From NCBI GenBank assembly GCA_964016885.1, contig OZ024741.1, forward strand, positions 75,330,001-75,394,000: 64,000 nt of DNA, written 5' to 3'. The notes beneath the pieces were generated by a model that was given only the letters and a program-made list of their open reading frames with translations, made no database searches and was not told where the DNA came from. Shown here piece after piece: positions 1-12,036 of the stretch. The position numbers and the translations under genes are program-made. Numbering within the stretch: position 1 is the first letter of the stretch; each line of letters begins with the position of its first letter. The DNA comes from Eledone cirrhosa (taxonomy: Eukaryota).

Positions 1-283
1 GTTACAGCAAAGTCTTCTAATTCAATTTCAAACACTGCTCCCTGTTTTCTATAGATATGTTCTTCCATATATATATATATATGTGTGTGTGTGTATATAT
101 ATATATGTGTATAAAGGTAGAACACTTGAAGGTAATATCCGTAGTAGTAGAGCATTTAGTCCACGGGACGTGTTTGGTAGAAGTACTAACACAACAGTTA
201 GTTCACCATACCGAGATCCGCATAAGGTGAAACAATTGTTCTCGGTATGGTGAACTAACTATATGTGAATATATATATATATA

Positions 284-620
284 TCATCATCATCGTCATT
301 TTTCCACGCGAGCATGGGTTAGACGGGTTGTCCTGTTCTGGGGCAATGTTAGGTCGGCTCACCTTGTTTTGCTCATACGGGAACTGATTTTGGCTTGATT
401 TCTACAGCTGGAAGCCCTTCCTAACACCAACCTCATTTACTGTGAGTGCTGGGTGCTTTTTTGCCATGACACCTACATGACCACTTTACAGTGTGGGCTG
501 GGTGCTTTTTTGCTATGACGCATCCACGACCACTTTGCAGTGGGAGGGGATGGGGGCATATTGTCTATATGCTTCGGCTCCAGCTTGTTCCCGTGGGAAG
601 TTGGGTCTTCTGTATTACAG
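284..620 (-). mobile_element. 3' part of RTE-tailed SINE/LINE (partial)
   Basis: (CAT)n tail at ~284-300, then the reverse complement of the shared 3' module (ccttcctaacaccaacc; cactttacagtgtgggctgggtgc units). Confidence 0.7.
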
Positions 621-741
621 CATGACACCAGAGGTCATGGTCCTGTGTCATCGCTGTCGAGAGGTGCAACTGGGCAAGGTCCACTTTTATCACCTCGTCC
701 CAGGTCTTCTTGGGTCTCCCCACTCCATGGCTATATATATT

Positions 742-1158
742 TCATTTTACGTCCGCTTTTCCCTGCTTGCAAGGGTGGGACGGGAACTGATTCTGGCTTG
801 ATTTCTACAGCTGGATGCCCTTCCTAACACCAACCTCATTTACAGTGAGTGCTGGGTGCTTTTTATCTGTAGCGCCTACATGTCCACTTTACAGTGAGTG
901 CTGGGTGCTTTTTTTGCCGTGGCGCCTACACGTCCACTTTACAGTGTGGGCTGGGTGCTTTTTTGCCATGGCACCTCCACGGCCACTTTGCAATGGAATG
1001 ATAGGGACTGGAGTCCCTATGATCTCATTTCTACAGCTGATTGAACTGGAACAATGTGAAATAAAGTGTCTTGCTCAAGGAAACAACACATCACCCAGTC
1101 TGAGAATTGAACTCACAATTGCAAGGCCAATGCTCTAACCACTAAGCCATGTGCCTCC
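742..1158 (-). mobile_element. tRNA-derived CORE-SINE with RTE-type 3' tail
   Basis: Reverse complement of the 3497-3885 element; three ~50-bp internal repeat units; flanked by (TA)n. Confidence 0.85.
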
Positions 1159-1424
1159 ATATATATAACCAAATGAAAAATATATATGTATATTATGAGA
1201 GAGAAAGAGCCATATACCCTATAAGAAACAGTATATTATATATATACCAAATACATATTCTATAGAAGAATATGTACCAGATGGAATCATAAGAGAAACC
1301 TTATAGCGCTATTTCATATCCGCAGAGTGTAACTCAGCATCAATCTATGTAATTGATCATCGAAAAAAATCAATCAATATAATTGATCATCGAAGACAAG
1401 CTATCAATTATATATATATAAGAG

Positions 1425-1720
1425 GGATAAGTTGTGGTGTGCAGGAGAGAAGGCTGAGATGGTATGGACATGTGATGCGCATTTAAGATGACCACTGGGT
1501 GAAGAAGTGCCAGGAAGTCCCAGTGGAGGGAAGACGCAGTAGAGGTAGACCATGAAAAACATGGGCAGAGGTGGTGAGAGCAAACCACAGATCGCTGAAA
1601 CTCACCGGGGAGATGACGAAGGACCGTGACAAGTGGAGAGATGCTGTGCTGAATAGGACCCGTCCAACCCTTGCAAGCAGGGAAAAGTGGACGTAAAATG
1701 ATGATGATGATGATGATGAT
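1425..1720 (+). mobile_element. 5'-truncated RTE LINE 3' end
   Basis: Encodes [20 protein letters not shown]-like C-terminus; ends in (TGA)n followed by (TA)n. Confidence 0.8.
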
Positions 1721-2152
1721 ATATATATATATATATATATAGTGAAAGAATAACATGGTCAACAGTATAAAAAGGGTTTTATTTACAGTATTAACAATTG
1801 TTTCATTGATTAGGATGTCTAAAGGTTGCTAATCACTTGAAGTTGTGTCACTCAACCTTCAATACAGTGTATGCCTAATCAAATTATCGGAATAACTGAC
1901 AAAATTACACTCGATGTTTGTATTTATACTACGGAGAATTCAAATAACAACATCAATAATAAAGAAAGAAAAAGATAAAATAATAATAAAGAAGTTAGAA
2001 TGAAGAAATAAGTAAAAAAAATATATATATAAACACAGATACATAACAACATCACAACCACACACACGTCAGAACGCATCACAGCAAATCATCAACAAAT
2101 CTAAATCTCAGCCCATACATAACAACATACAAAACCGCAACAGAAGGCCTCA

Positions 2153-2600
2153 AAATGTAACTGCCACTTACCGGATAAGTGCCCACTACAAAATAGATGC
2201 CTGGAATCAAATATAGTGTACCTGTGTACTATAAATTCGGGCAACTTAGCATGGCACTACATAGGTTCTACGGCTGGGGAGTTAAAAAAAAGATGGTATG
2301 TTCACAGACATTCTATGAAGAACCATAGACTAGAAAACACAACAACGCTGGCCAATAAAATCTAGCGCTAGGGATACAAACCAAGAATTTAAGGATACAA
2401 ACCGAGAATACGGGATTAGCTGGTCGAAATTATCAGGAGCAAAGGCCTACAGAAATGGAATGTCCCACTGCAGACTTTACAATATGGAGCTGTTCCATAT
2501 TTTAAAGTATGACAAAATTCTGCTTAACAGCAAAATAGAATGATCAATTTTCTGTAGGCACAAAGCAGCTACTAAATTCGCAAATTTCAAACCATCATGA
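2153..2600 (+). pseudogene. PLE GIY-YIG endonuclease remnant
   Basis: Manual translation KCNCHLPDKCPLQNRCLESNIVYLCTINSGNLAWHYIGSTAGELKKRWYVHRH...ISWS...CRL...FCRH with internal stops; absent from the ORF track. Confidence 0.85.
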
Positions 2601-3160
2601 TTCGATCCAACAATCCCATAATTCAAGCTGAACCACCCAGAGTCTATTATAATAACTGCATACCAACCCACTATTATTAACTGTCAACAGACCAACTAAT
2701 CACTAAATCAACATCATAAACCTCCTAACCTTTCTTTCACTTCCTTTCACTCTCTCTCCCTAAAGCTATTTCACCTCTTCCCTTGTATCCTATCCTGTAT
2801 CTCTAATTTATTAATTTATCTTTTATATATTATTTATCATTATAGTCTTTCTTCCTACTCTAACCATCTGTGATTTAACCAATACATATATATGTGTATA
2901 TATTTAATATTTATTTTCATATTAGTAATATTCCTACCCTCATCACATCTTTATACTTACACACCACTATAACTTTAACCACCACCATTTTCAACAATCA
3001 TTTTATGTTCATATATTTTTTTCACGTATATATATTTTTTTTTACTTTTTTACTCTTTATTTTTTTATTATTATTTTTTCTTTTTCTTTTTCATTCTTTA
3101 TATTGATGTTGGTATTTGAATTCTCCGTAGTATCAATACAAACATCGAGTGTAATTTTGT

Positions 3161-3273
3161 CAGTTATTCCGATGATTTGATTAGGCATACTCTGTATTGA
3201 AGGTTGAATGACACAACTTCAAGTGATTAGCAACCTTTAGACATCCTAATCAATGAAACAATTGTTAATACTG
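3161..3273 (+). ncRNA. Type I hammerhead ribozyme motif (variant core) in PLE pLTR
   Basis: cagttatt CCGATGA t ttgattagg...cctaatcaa t GAAA caattg TT aatactg; palindromic stem III; inverted copy at ~1785-1898. Confidence 0.65.
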
Positions 3274-3496
3274 TAAATAAAACCCTTTTTGAATTGTTGA
3301 CTATGTTATTCTTCACTCTTTCATTGTTACTCCAAGATTAACCTGCATAGAAATTCTGGTGAACTCACCACCTAACTAAGGAAACCTCTTGTTGAGTCAA
3401 ACAACGCTGTACATTAAAACTATTCATAGTACAAAGTACGCACAACCTCTAACTGGATTACCTATAACAATAATTTGTTATCCCATATATATATAT

Positions 3497-3885
3497 GGAG
3501 GCACATGGCTTAGTGGTTAGAGCATTGGGCTTGCAATCGAAAGGTTGTGAGTTCAATTCTCAGACAGGGTGATGTGTTGTTTCCTTGAGCAAGACACTTT
3601 ATTTCACATTGTTCCAGTTTACTCAGCTGTAGAAATGAGATGATAGGACTGGGGTCCCTATCATTCCACTGCAAAGTGGTCGTGGAGGTGCCACGGTAAA
3701 AAAAGCACCCAGCCCACACTGTAAAGTGGACGTGTAGGCGCCACAGCAAAAAAAGCACCCAGCACTCATTGTAAATGAGGTTGGTGTTAGGAAGGGCATC
3801 CAGCTGTAGAAATCAAGCCAGAATCAGTTCCCGTCCCACCCTTGCAAACAGGGAAAAAGCGGACGTAAAATGATGATGATGATGA
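3497..3885 (+). mobile_element. tRNA-derived CORE-SINE with RTE-type 3' tail
   Basis: A box tggcttagtggttag, B box gagttcaattctc, CORE-like ccttgagcaagacactttatttcacattgttccagtttactcagctgtagaaatgag, tail shared with the RTE 3' UTR, (TGA)n end. Confidence 0.88.
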
Positions 3886-4127
3886 TATATATATATATAT
3901 CATCATCATCATCATCATCATTTTAAGTCCGCTTGAGTTTCTAACTCACTATATATTTGTCGGCTCCATCATGTAGAGCTAATTTTAATGTCTTGTTAAC
4001 CAGGCTGCTATTTTTAGCGGCATAGGATTTCGAGACAAGCTGGGTTCCGAAGGCATGTGCGCTAATTCATATCACACACAATTCAGTCTTCTAATATTTT
4101 TAGAAGTGGAAGGATCGCTAATTTCTC

Positions 4128-4209
4128 AACAACTACTGATGAGCAGAGAAAGGTATTGACTTCACTTAATAAGATGCTGCGAAACAGTTTCCAAAACTGT
4201 CTAGTTGTT
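4128..4209 (+). ncRNA. Intact type I hammerhead ribozyme
   Basis: aacaacta CTGATGA gcag...ctgc GAAA cagttt cca aaactg TC tagttgtt: 8-bp stem I, 4-bp stem II base, 7-bp stem III, canonical core, GUC site (cut after 4201). Confidence 0.88.
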
Positions 4210-5525
4210 ACCAGGCTATTGCCTGATATAGGTCTGTTATTTTTCATAATTTACTACTTAAAATTAAGTCTGACAAACTATATTGCTGTAGTTAGTATTT
4301 TTTCATCCTAGCAAACCTAGTCCTTACGATTCGAACACATGTATGTTTATATTAGTGTTCATATCTCTTGTTTATTCAATTATATATATATATATATAAA
4401 TATATATATATACATACATATAATTATACACACACACATGGCACCAACAATATCACATTACAATGTTAACATTATGTATGTGTATATATATATATACACA
4501 TACATAATGTTAAACATTGCCTAAATGTTATTAGCATGAACTTTAAAATCCATCTGACAAAAACTACTAATTTTAGAGAGTATGGGTGCATTGTTTGCAC
4601 CACCAATACAAACACTTTACAGACTTGACAAGGTATATTTTATGGAAGCAATAACACTAACATTTTTTTTTAATATATTTCCCTATTCTTTCTTTCCTTT
4701 TGTTTCCCTTCTTTTTTATTATTCTTATATTAAAAATAAATATTAACTATCTTTAAAAAAAAAAAGAAAGAAATTTATAGGGTATACCATGTATACATAT
4801 ACATAAATATATTGATGTGGGAGAAAAAGAAATCAACAAGAGAAAGAGAGATAATATGATTTTTAATATTGATAAAATATTTGAAAGCCTTTAGCTATGA
4901 ATTTTAAAGGTGGTGGCTTTCAAATGTTTATTCATAAACATATCATATATTATTCCATATAGAAACTTTACACATACACACACACACACACATATATATA
5001 AAGTTAAATAAATGACAACACAAACACAGAGATGCAAAAAAACACATATACATATATGCATACACATATTTCTATGTATACATACACAGACACACTTGTG
5101 TGTGTGTGTTTGAGTAAGAGTATATATATATATTATGCATATATTCACGCATGCAGTCCAAAGAATGATTGAGAGAGAAACCCAATCAATTTCGAGATTG
5201 GATTTAATTAAGTAATTAAACTTTGTTTCAAGTATTGCAGAAAATCTTGATGTGTGGTGGGAAAATTTTGTTTAGCACATGTCAACAGCAATACCTCCTA
5301 AATCTAAGCACGATGGACACATTTTTCTTTTCATTAGAGTGTATAGTCTTTATTTGCTAAGTTTAAATTGACATCAAGCAATAAATTAGTAGAGTCATTA
5401 CAGCATCAGATTAAAAATGCTTCACTGTTTGATCTGACTCTTTGCACTTTCTGTTCAAATCCTGCTGAGGTCAAATTTGCATTCATCTATTTAAGATTGA
5501 TAAAGAACGAGTTCAGAACTGTATT

Positions 5526-5597
<72 letters not shown>

Positions 5598-5694
5598 ACT
5601 TGCTCCCTCTCTCTTTTTCTTTCTTTCTTTCTCTGGAAGACATCATATGACCTGGTGAGAGATGGGCTCTGCCAAATTAAAAATTCCCAATGCT

Positions 5695-5900
5695 GACTTG
5701 CAGGATTGGTGGAGCATCAGACAAAATACTTTGTGGTATTTAGTTATGACTTTCTATGTTCTGAATTCACATCCTGCTAAGGTTAACTTAGCTTTTCATC
5801 CTTCTGGGGCCGATAAAAGAAAGTACCAGTTAAGTACTGGAGTCGATATAATGAAATTTCCTCTTCCAAAAATTGCTGGCCTTGTGTATATGTTAGACAG
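5695..5900 (+). mobile_element. Diverged tRNA-derived Meta-domain SINE
   Basis: ttaacttagcttttcatccttctggggccgataaaagaaagtaccag matches the body of the 19721 SINE. Confidence 0.7.
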
Positions 5901-6263
5901 AATCATTATTACTATTTCTGTATTCAAATGCCAATAAGGTAAAGTACAGGTCAAGTACTAGGGTTGAGATTACAATTGCCTTTCCCCTCTCCCTCTCTAC
6001 CCAAATTGCTAGCTTTGTATTTACATTTAGAAAACATTATGAATGGTATTTAATTGAATTTAGAAGTCAAAGTTTATGATTCGCCATCATAATATATTTA
6101 GTGAATGTCTCATAAAAATCTGCTAAATCATTGATGCTATGATATGAGAAACATGGGTATTAATTCTTTGAACATACATATTCACATACATATCACATAT
6201 ATCTATGTATATATACATATGATATGTATTGGTGTATATATCTGTATGTGTATGCATGTATAT

Positions 6264-7665
6264 ATCATCATCATAATCATCATCATTTTTAGATCCGTTT
6301 TTCTACACTTGCGTGGATTGGACAGGTCTTTCTCAGCACGGTAACTCTCCAGTCACCATGTTCCTTCACCATCTCCTCTGTGAGTCTCAGTGATTTGAGA
6401 TCAGCTGTTACAATCTGTGCTCAGATCTTTCTAGGTCTACCTCTACTACAGCTTCCTTCCGCTGCGATTGCCTGGCACTTCTTCACCCAATGATCATTGT
6501 CCATACTAACACAGTCTTCTATCCTGTATACCACCTTGGATTCCTCTTAAACCCAGCTTTTCCCTCAGCTTGTCCAAACTCTTCCTTTGTCTCTCACTTA
6601 CATTGCACATTCAACAAAGCATTGCTGCTTAATTTCTCTCCATTCTATGCATGCCCTTTGCAGTCACAGCCCATATTTCATTAACATGCAGCATTGTACT
6701 TCACACACAAACATCATGCAGTCGTCCTTTTGTACATAGGTTGAAATCTTTTGTGGTTAACAGTAGCAGTTGCCCTCGAAACTTTTTCCATCCTATCTTT
6801 ATTCTAAATATTATACTCTCCATGCACCCTCGTCTGCTGCTAATTAAGTCATCTAGATAGCAGAAGCTATCAACCACTTCTGTTGATCCTCCTGTGACTG
6901 GAAAAGGTTTATATATCACTGATGCTCTTCTTCTTGATTACGCCGGTGCACCTTCTACATACAAAGTCTTCCCTTCTTGTTAGTCTACCCATTATCTCAC
7001 TACATCTCTTGTGTAACCAAGATTTACATTGTGTAAATCATATTGAGTTTATGTCGACTCCCTTTCTACATATTGAGCAGGGCCATTTCCCAGGAGGAAT
7101 CAGAGTCCTATCTCATCTCTCACTCACCATCACATTAGTTTTGGTTAAGTTTACCTTCAAACGTTTTGATTCCAAATTCTGTTTCCATAGTTGAAACTTA
7201 TTTTCTAGTTCTTTTATGGTTTCAGCTATAAGAACCAAATCATCTGCATGGAGAAGTTCCCATGGACAGTCTGTTTGAAACTCCTCCATTATGGCCTGGA
7301 GAACTATGATGAATAGCAGTGGGTTAAGAACTGAATCCTGATGAACTCTTACCTGTACATTGAATTTCTCACTAAACTCATTTCCTACTCTCACTTTACT
7401 GACAGTTCCTCTGTACATAGCTTGCGCTGTTCTCACAAGCCATTCTTCTACACCTAATTTTTTCTTAAGGGGCATCAAATAATAGATTGAGGTACTCTGT
7501 CAAAGGACTTTTCTAGATCAACAAAAGCTAAATATAGTGGTTTATTTTTGGCTATGAACATCTCTTGTAGTTGCCTCACTAGCAAGAGGGTGTCTGTAGT
7601 ACTTTTCCCAGGTATGAAACCAAACTGCATCTTAACTATTTTGACTCTTTCCCTAATTAACTGAG
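6264..7665 (-). mobile_element. Old 5'-truncated RTE LINE (RT, PHD, C-terminus)
   Basis: Minus-strand RVHQDSVLNPLLF, ELLHADDLVL, KWPCSICRKG...WLHKRC...VCRRC, VDSFCYLDD; (CAT)n tail at 6264. Confidence 0.9.
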
Positions 7666-8055
7666 ATTAATAGTAATAGTGTTGGGAATGATTCTCATTC
7701 TTTCTTTAAATGTTCCTTATCCACAAAAGTATGCATATCTCATGCTGGTTTGTGATTGCACTAGCACACCCATGTGGGTAAAGCATACATGAATTATTGG
7801 AATTTCATTCTGGATGACCAGTTTCAATGCTATGTTTGTCAAAAAAACCTGCAAGTTACGTCAAGGATAGAAGTGGTTCTTGAACATACATAATAAACAA
7901 GCAGAAAATGGAGCCAATGTTGAAATGAGACATTCAGTCTGTTCTTCAAACATCTTTCAGGGCTCAAATGTCATTCATGACCTCACACCAGGAAAGAGCA
8001 ATTGTAGGTACAAAAAGAGGTCAAGTATTACACGGAGCCAACAACTACTATATAC

Positions 8056-8400
8056 CATCATCATCATCATCATTTTTACATCCTTTTTACATGGGTCCTT
8101 CTCAGCACAGCATCTCTCCATTTGTCACGTTCCTTTGTCATCTCTTCTGTGAGTCTCAGTGATTTGAATTCAGCTCTCACAACCTCAGTTCAGGTTTTTG
8201 TAGGTCTACCCCTACTTCACCTTCCTTACACTGGTATTTCTTGGCACTTCTTAACCCAATGATAATTGTCCATGTGCATCACATATCCATACCAATGCAG
8301 TCTTCTCTCCTGCACACCACCTTGGATTCCTCTTAAACCCAGCTTCTCTCTCAGCTCGTCCAAGCTCTCTTTTTCTCACACACTTACATTACACATGAAA
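8056..8400 (-). mobile_element. RTE LINE 3' fragment
   Basis: Homologous to ~6350-6610; RRLHWYGY-like motif; (CAT)n tail. Confidence 0.75.
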
Positions 8401-8499
8401 TGATTTGGTGCATTGAGTGTGTAAATATTTCGTAAAATTGTATGAATCTCAAATGCTGAAATAGCTGTAAAAGAGCCAGCTACTACAATAATCACAACA

Positions 8500-8830
8500 G
8501 AATTAAACAAAACCTTTTAATGGATGGAAGAGTGATCAGAGAAGAAAAGAGAGAAAGCATGGAATACCCCAATAGATATATAATGTTAGTGTGCTGAAAG
8601 ACAACACACAGAGGAGCTGAGATAAAAACTAGGCATAAGAGAAGATTGTACTGGTATGGACACAATGCATATTGATAATGATCATTGGGTGAAGAAGTGA
8701 TGTGCTGAAGAGGAAGACTGAGATGATAAAGGAACACAACAGGTGGAGTGGGAGTTTGCAGCAGAAGATTCAATCAACTCATGCAAGCATGGATAGATGA
8801 ATATAAGACAACAATGATGATGATGATGAT
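8500..8830 (+). mobile_element. Degenerate RTE LINE 3' fragment
   Basis: gagaagattgtactggtatggacac (RRLYWYGH); catgcaagcatgga...(TGA)n tail. Confidence 0.6.
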
Positions 8831-9129
8831 ATAGATTTGGGTGTTCAAACTGTAAAAACAAAACATAATGTATGTGTAGAATGATGAATATTTTATAGTA
8901 GCTGTGAAGCTATACCAGTGACTCAAAGGGCCAGGACTGCACTTTTCAAACTAGAGTTCATAAGCAGCCCTGGCTTAATATTGTAAGGCATCAATATAAG
9001 GAAGGGTGTTACACATGTGAGAGGGGCTGACATTAAGAATCTAATCAAAGCAACAACCAAGTCAAATAAAGAGGAGTGACCTGGTCAGTGGCCTGAAGAT
9101 AAAAACTAAACGCGATCAAGTCGCACATA

Positions 9130-9259
9130 AATCATCATCATCATCATCAACAATACTCACACTAACAACAATAGCATCATCACCATCACTGTTATCAACA
9201 GCAACAATAATACCACTAGCAATAATAGCATCAACACCATCATCACCATTATCACTATC

Positions 9260-9304
<45 letters not shown>

Positions 9305-9590
9305 AACAACCTAGCATCATCATCACCGTCATCAACAACCACAACAACACTAATGCCACCACCACCACCACCAACATCAACATTATCATGATAATCACCA
9401 CCATCACCATCATCATCAGTATTATCATTATCAATAACACCACTACCAAAAATAATAATAGTATTACCATCATCACCATCATCAACAACAATAACCACAA
9501 CACTACTGCCACTATCTACCACAGCAAAATTATCATGATAATCACCTTCATCACTATCTTCATCAACGTCAGTATTATCATTATTTAATT
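9130..9590. repeat. Compound (CAT/CAA/CAC)n microsatellite
   Basis: Degenerate trinucleotide runs including a pure (CAA)n block. Confidence 0.9.
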
Positions 9591-10543
9591 TAGATGTCAA
9601 AGTTTATGACTCACCATCTAAATATATTTAGTAAAAGGCCTCATTAAAGTCTGTTAAATCATCAGTGCCATGGTATTGGAAACAAGGCTATTAAATTATT
9701 GGACATCATTAGATAGAAGTTGCTATCGCTGATTTTGTAGCGTCTAAACTCTCAGACTTCTCCCCCCTTAAACCATTAACCAAATATTTATTGGCATCAC
9801 ACAATCTTCTCTAATCACAGCAGTTCAAATTTTCAGCAATCATTTATTCTTGTCTCATCGATTATACATTATCAGGACTACTAATCTCTTGTTAAGTTAA
9901 GTTATACGATAATAAGATGGAAGCCAGTAGCTGCCATTATATGTGAGCTTGTGAAATTATGAGAAGATATTAGCTGTTCATGTGCCACGTTAAAACATTA
10001 CTGGATATTATAAAGTTTGCTTCAGTAGATATGAATACATATACTGCTTAGAGAGTTTGTACATATATTTAATCAATAATTTTATATATCTTTTCTGATG
10101 GAAAATTTACCAAAATTGCTAGAGTTCTCCAAAGATCCCAAGTGTCCTTACAACTCATTTTTTCCAGCCAAGTGGACCAGAGGAATGGAAAATAAAGTGT
10201 CTAGATTAAGGACACAACACATCACCTGGTCAAGGAATCAATCACATGAAATATATAAATATATATTTTAGAAAATGTAGGTAACTCAGAAATAACTAAA
10301 TATTCTTGGTTACTATAAATAGCTTAGAAAATCAGGTAAATAGTACTTATAGCAACTATATTTACAGTTAAATTTCTGTGTCTGAGTTTTTCTACAAATT
10401 GTACACAACTCGTGATCTCTTAGTGCTTCGAAAGTTCAAACTTTGCATAAGTATATATATATTATCATTTTACGCCTGCTTTTCCTTGCTTGCATAGGAA
10501 TATATATATATCTATCTATGTATATATAAATACATACATACAA

Positions 10544-10575
<32 letters not shown>

Positions 10576-11093
10576 ATGTATATATATGTGTGTTGGGGGG
10601 GGGTTGTGTGTGTATATATATATAATTTTTTATTATTATTATTATTATTGTTATTATTTTTTTTTCGTGCAATGGCCATACTCAATCTCTAGGGGACAGC
10701 CATCATCATCATATATAGGTAATAATTGATATTTGATGTCTATTCTTATACAGAAACTGTGTAATTTAGCGGCTGCAGCTTGAAAAAGTCAGTTTTCCCC
10801 ATACTCACTTTAGAGTGGGTTAAGGTTTGGAATATAGACATTTAGTTCATGATTGGCTCAATTTTTACAAATGTAATTTTTATGAGTTTGGAATCTAATG
10901 GTCTTGTCCACTGGATGCTTTGTTTATTGTTGGCTTTGTTTTCTGAGTGCATCATTTACACACAGAGCATTTAATGATTGCTTGCATTGGTTTTATATAT
11001 GTATATAGTGTATATATGTGTAGTTTAAGTGTAATTATATTTAGCATAGTTAACAAAGGTAAATAGACTGCTTGGAGCAATAACAGTCTTATT

Positions 11094-11157
<64 letters not shown>

Positions 11158-12036
11158 TAAGGTGCATTATTGGTTGTGTAAAATGGTCCAATAACTTTAT
11201 GTTAGCAATATTAAGTTCTCCACGCTTTTGTATATCTCCACTTCCATTCAAGGGAACAGCTAGATGATGTAAAACGGAGTATAAGTATCAAAATGAAAAT
11301 CTGAAGGCAATGTAAAATTCTCATCATTTAATCACGACACATGTTTCAATAAGAGATAGATCGATTGTGAAGCCATGATCGATTATCACTGATCTCATCA
11401 GGTGAAAATGAATTGTCTTCAAATTCTTGATATGAGGGAGAAAAAATAACGATGTTCTCTCACAGAATTCATTCCCTCATATGGAAACACACCAGTCAGA
11501 AACACGACGACTGCTATTAGCTTCAGTTGAGGTCATAAAAGTTTTCAGATTTCTATCGCTGCAAAAGACGCTGGACATCAATCAAATCTGTAGGGATACA
11601 GTCAGTCACAGTTAATGTGAGTGGGTATACACACATTCCACACCCACATACACCGGTTCGAGGTCAAAGAAAAATATAAACATATATATACACACACATC
11701 AACACAGTATTAAACCTGTAGAGTTAGTGTGGGTGAGTACACACACACTTTCACACACACCGAAGCGATGTCCGAGAAAAAACAAATATAATAAAACAAA
11801 TATAAGAATGTACCAACACAGCACTCACCGAAAGTTAGTTCACAAAGCAGCAGAAGCTATATTGGTCAAATCTCAATTTGACGATATAAATTGGAAATAT
11901 TGGGTTAACCAACGCCCCCCCCCCCCCCACACACACACACACGCAAGTAAGTTCAGTTCAGTGTTCTGCTATACGTGTATAGATCGAATTGTAACATCTA
12001 TATCTTCAAGTGTATGTTATGGTATATACACATCCT

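Larger units (their letters stand above)
1741..3483 (+). mobile_element. 5'-truncated Penelope-like element with inverted pseudo-LTR
   Basis: Inverted arms ~1741-1985 and ~3075-3317 flank a decayed GIY-YIG coding segment; hammerhead motif in the arms; (TA)n on both sides. Confidence 0.85.

Noticed and set aside
1295-1345. Minus-strand GAAA tagcgcta TA with palindromic stem III
   Set aside because: Core reads TTGATGC and stems I/II do not pair convincingly.
3497-3570. tRNA gene
   Set aside because: tRNA-like SINE head continuing into CORE; no complete cloverleaf or terminator.
9157-9600. Asp/Leu/Cys-rich ORFs
   Set aside because: Trinucleotide microsatellite translations.
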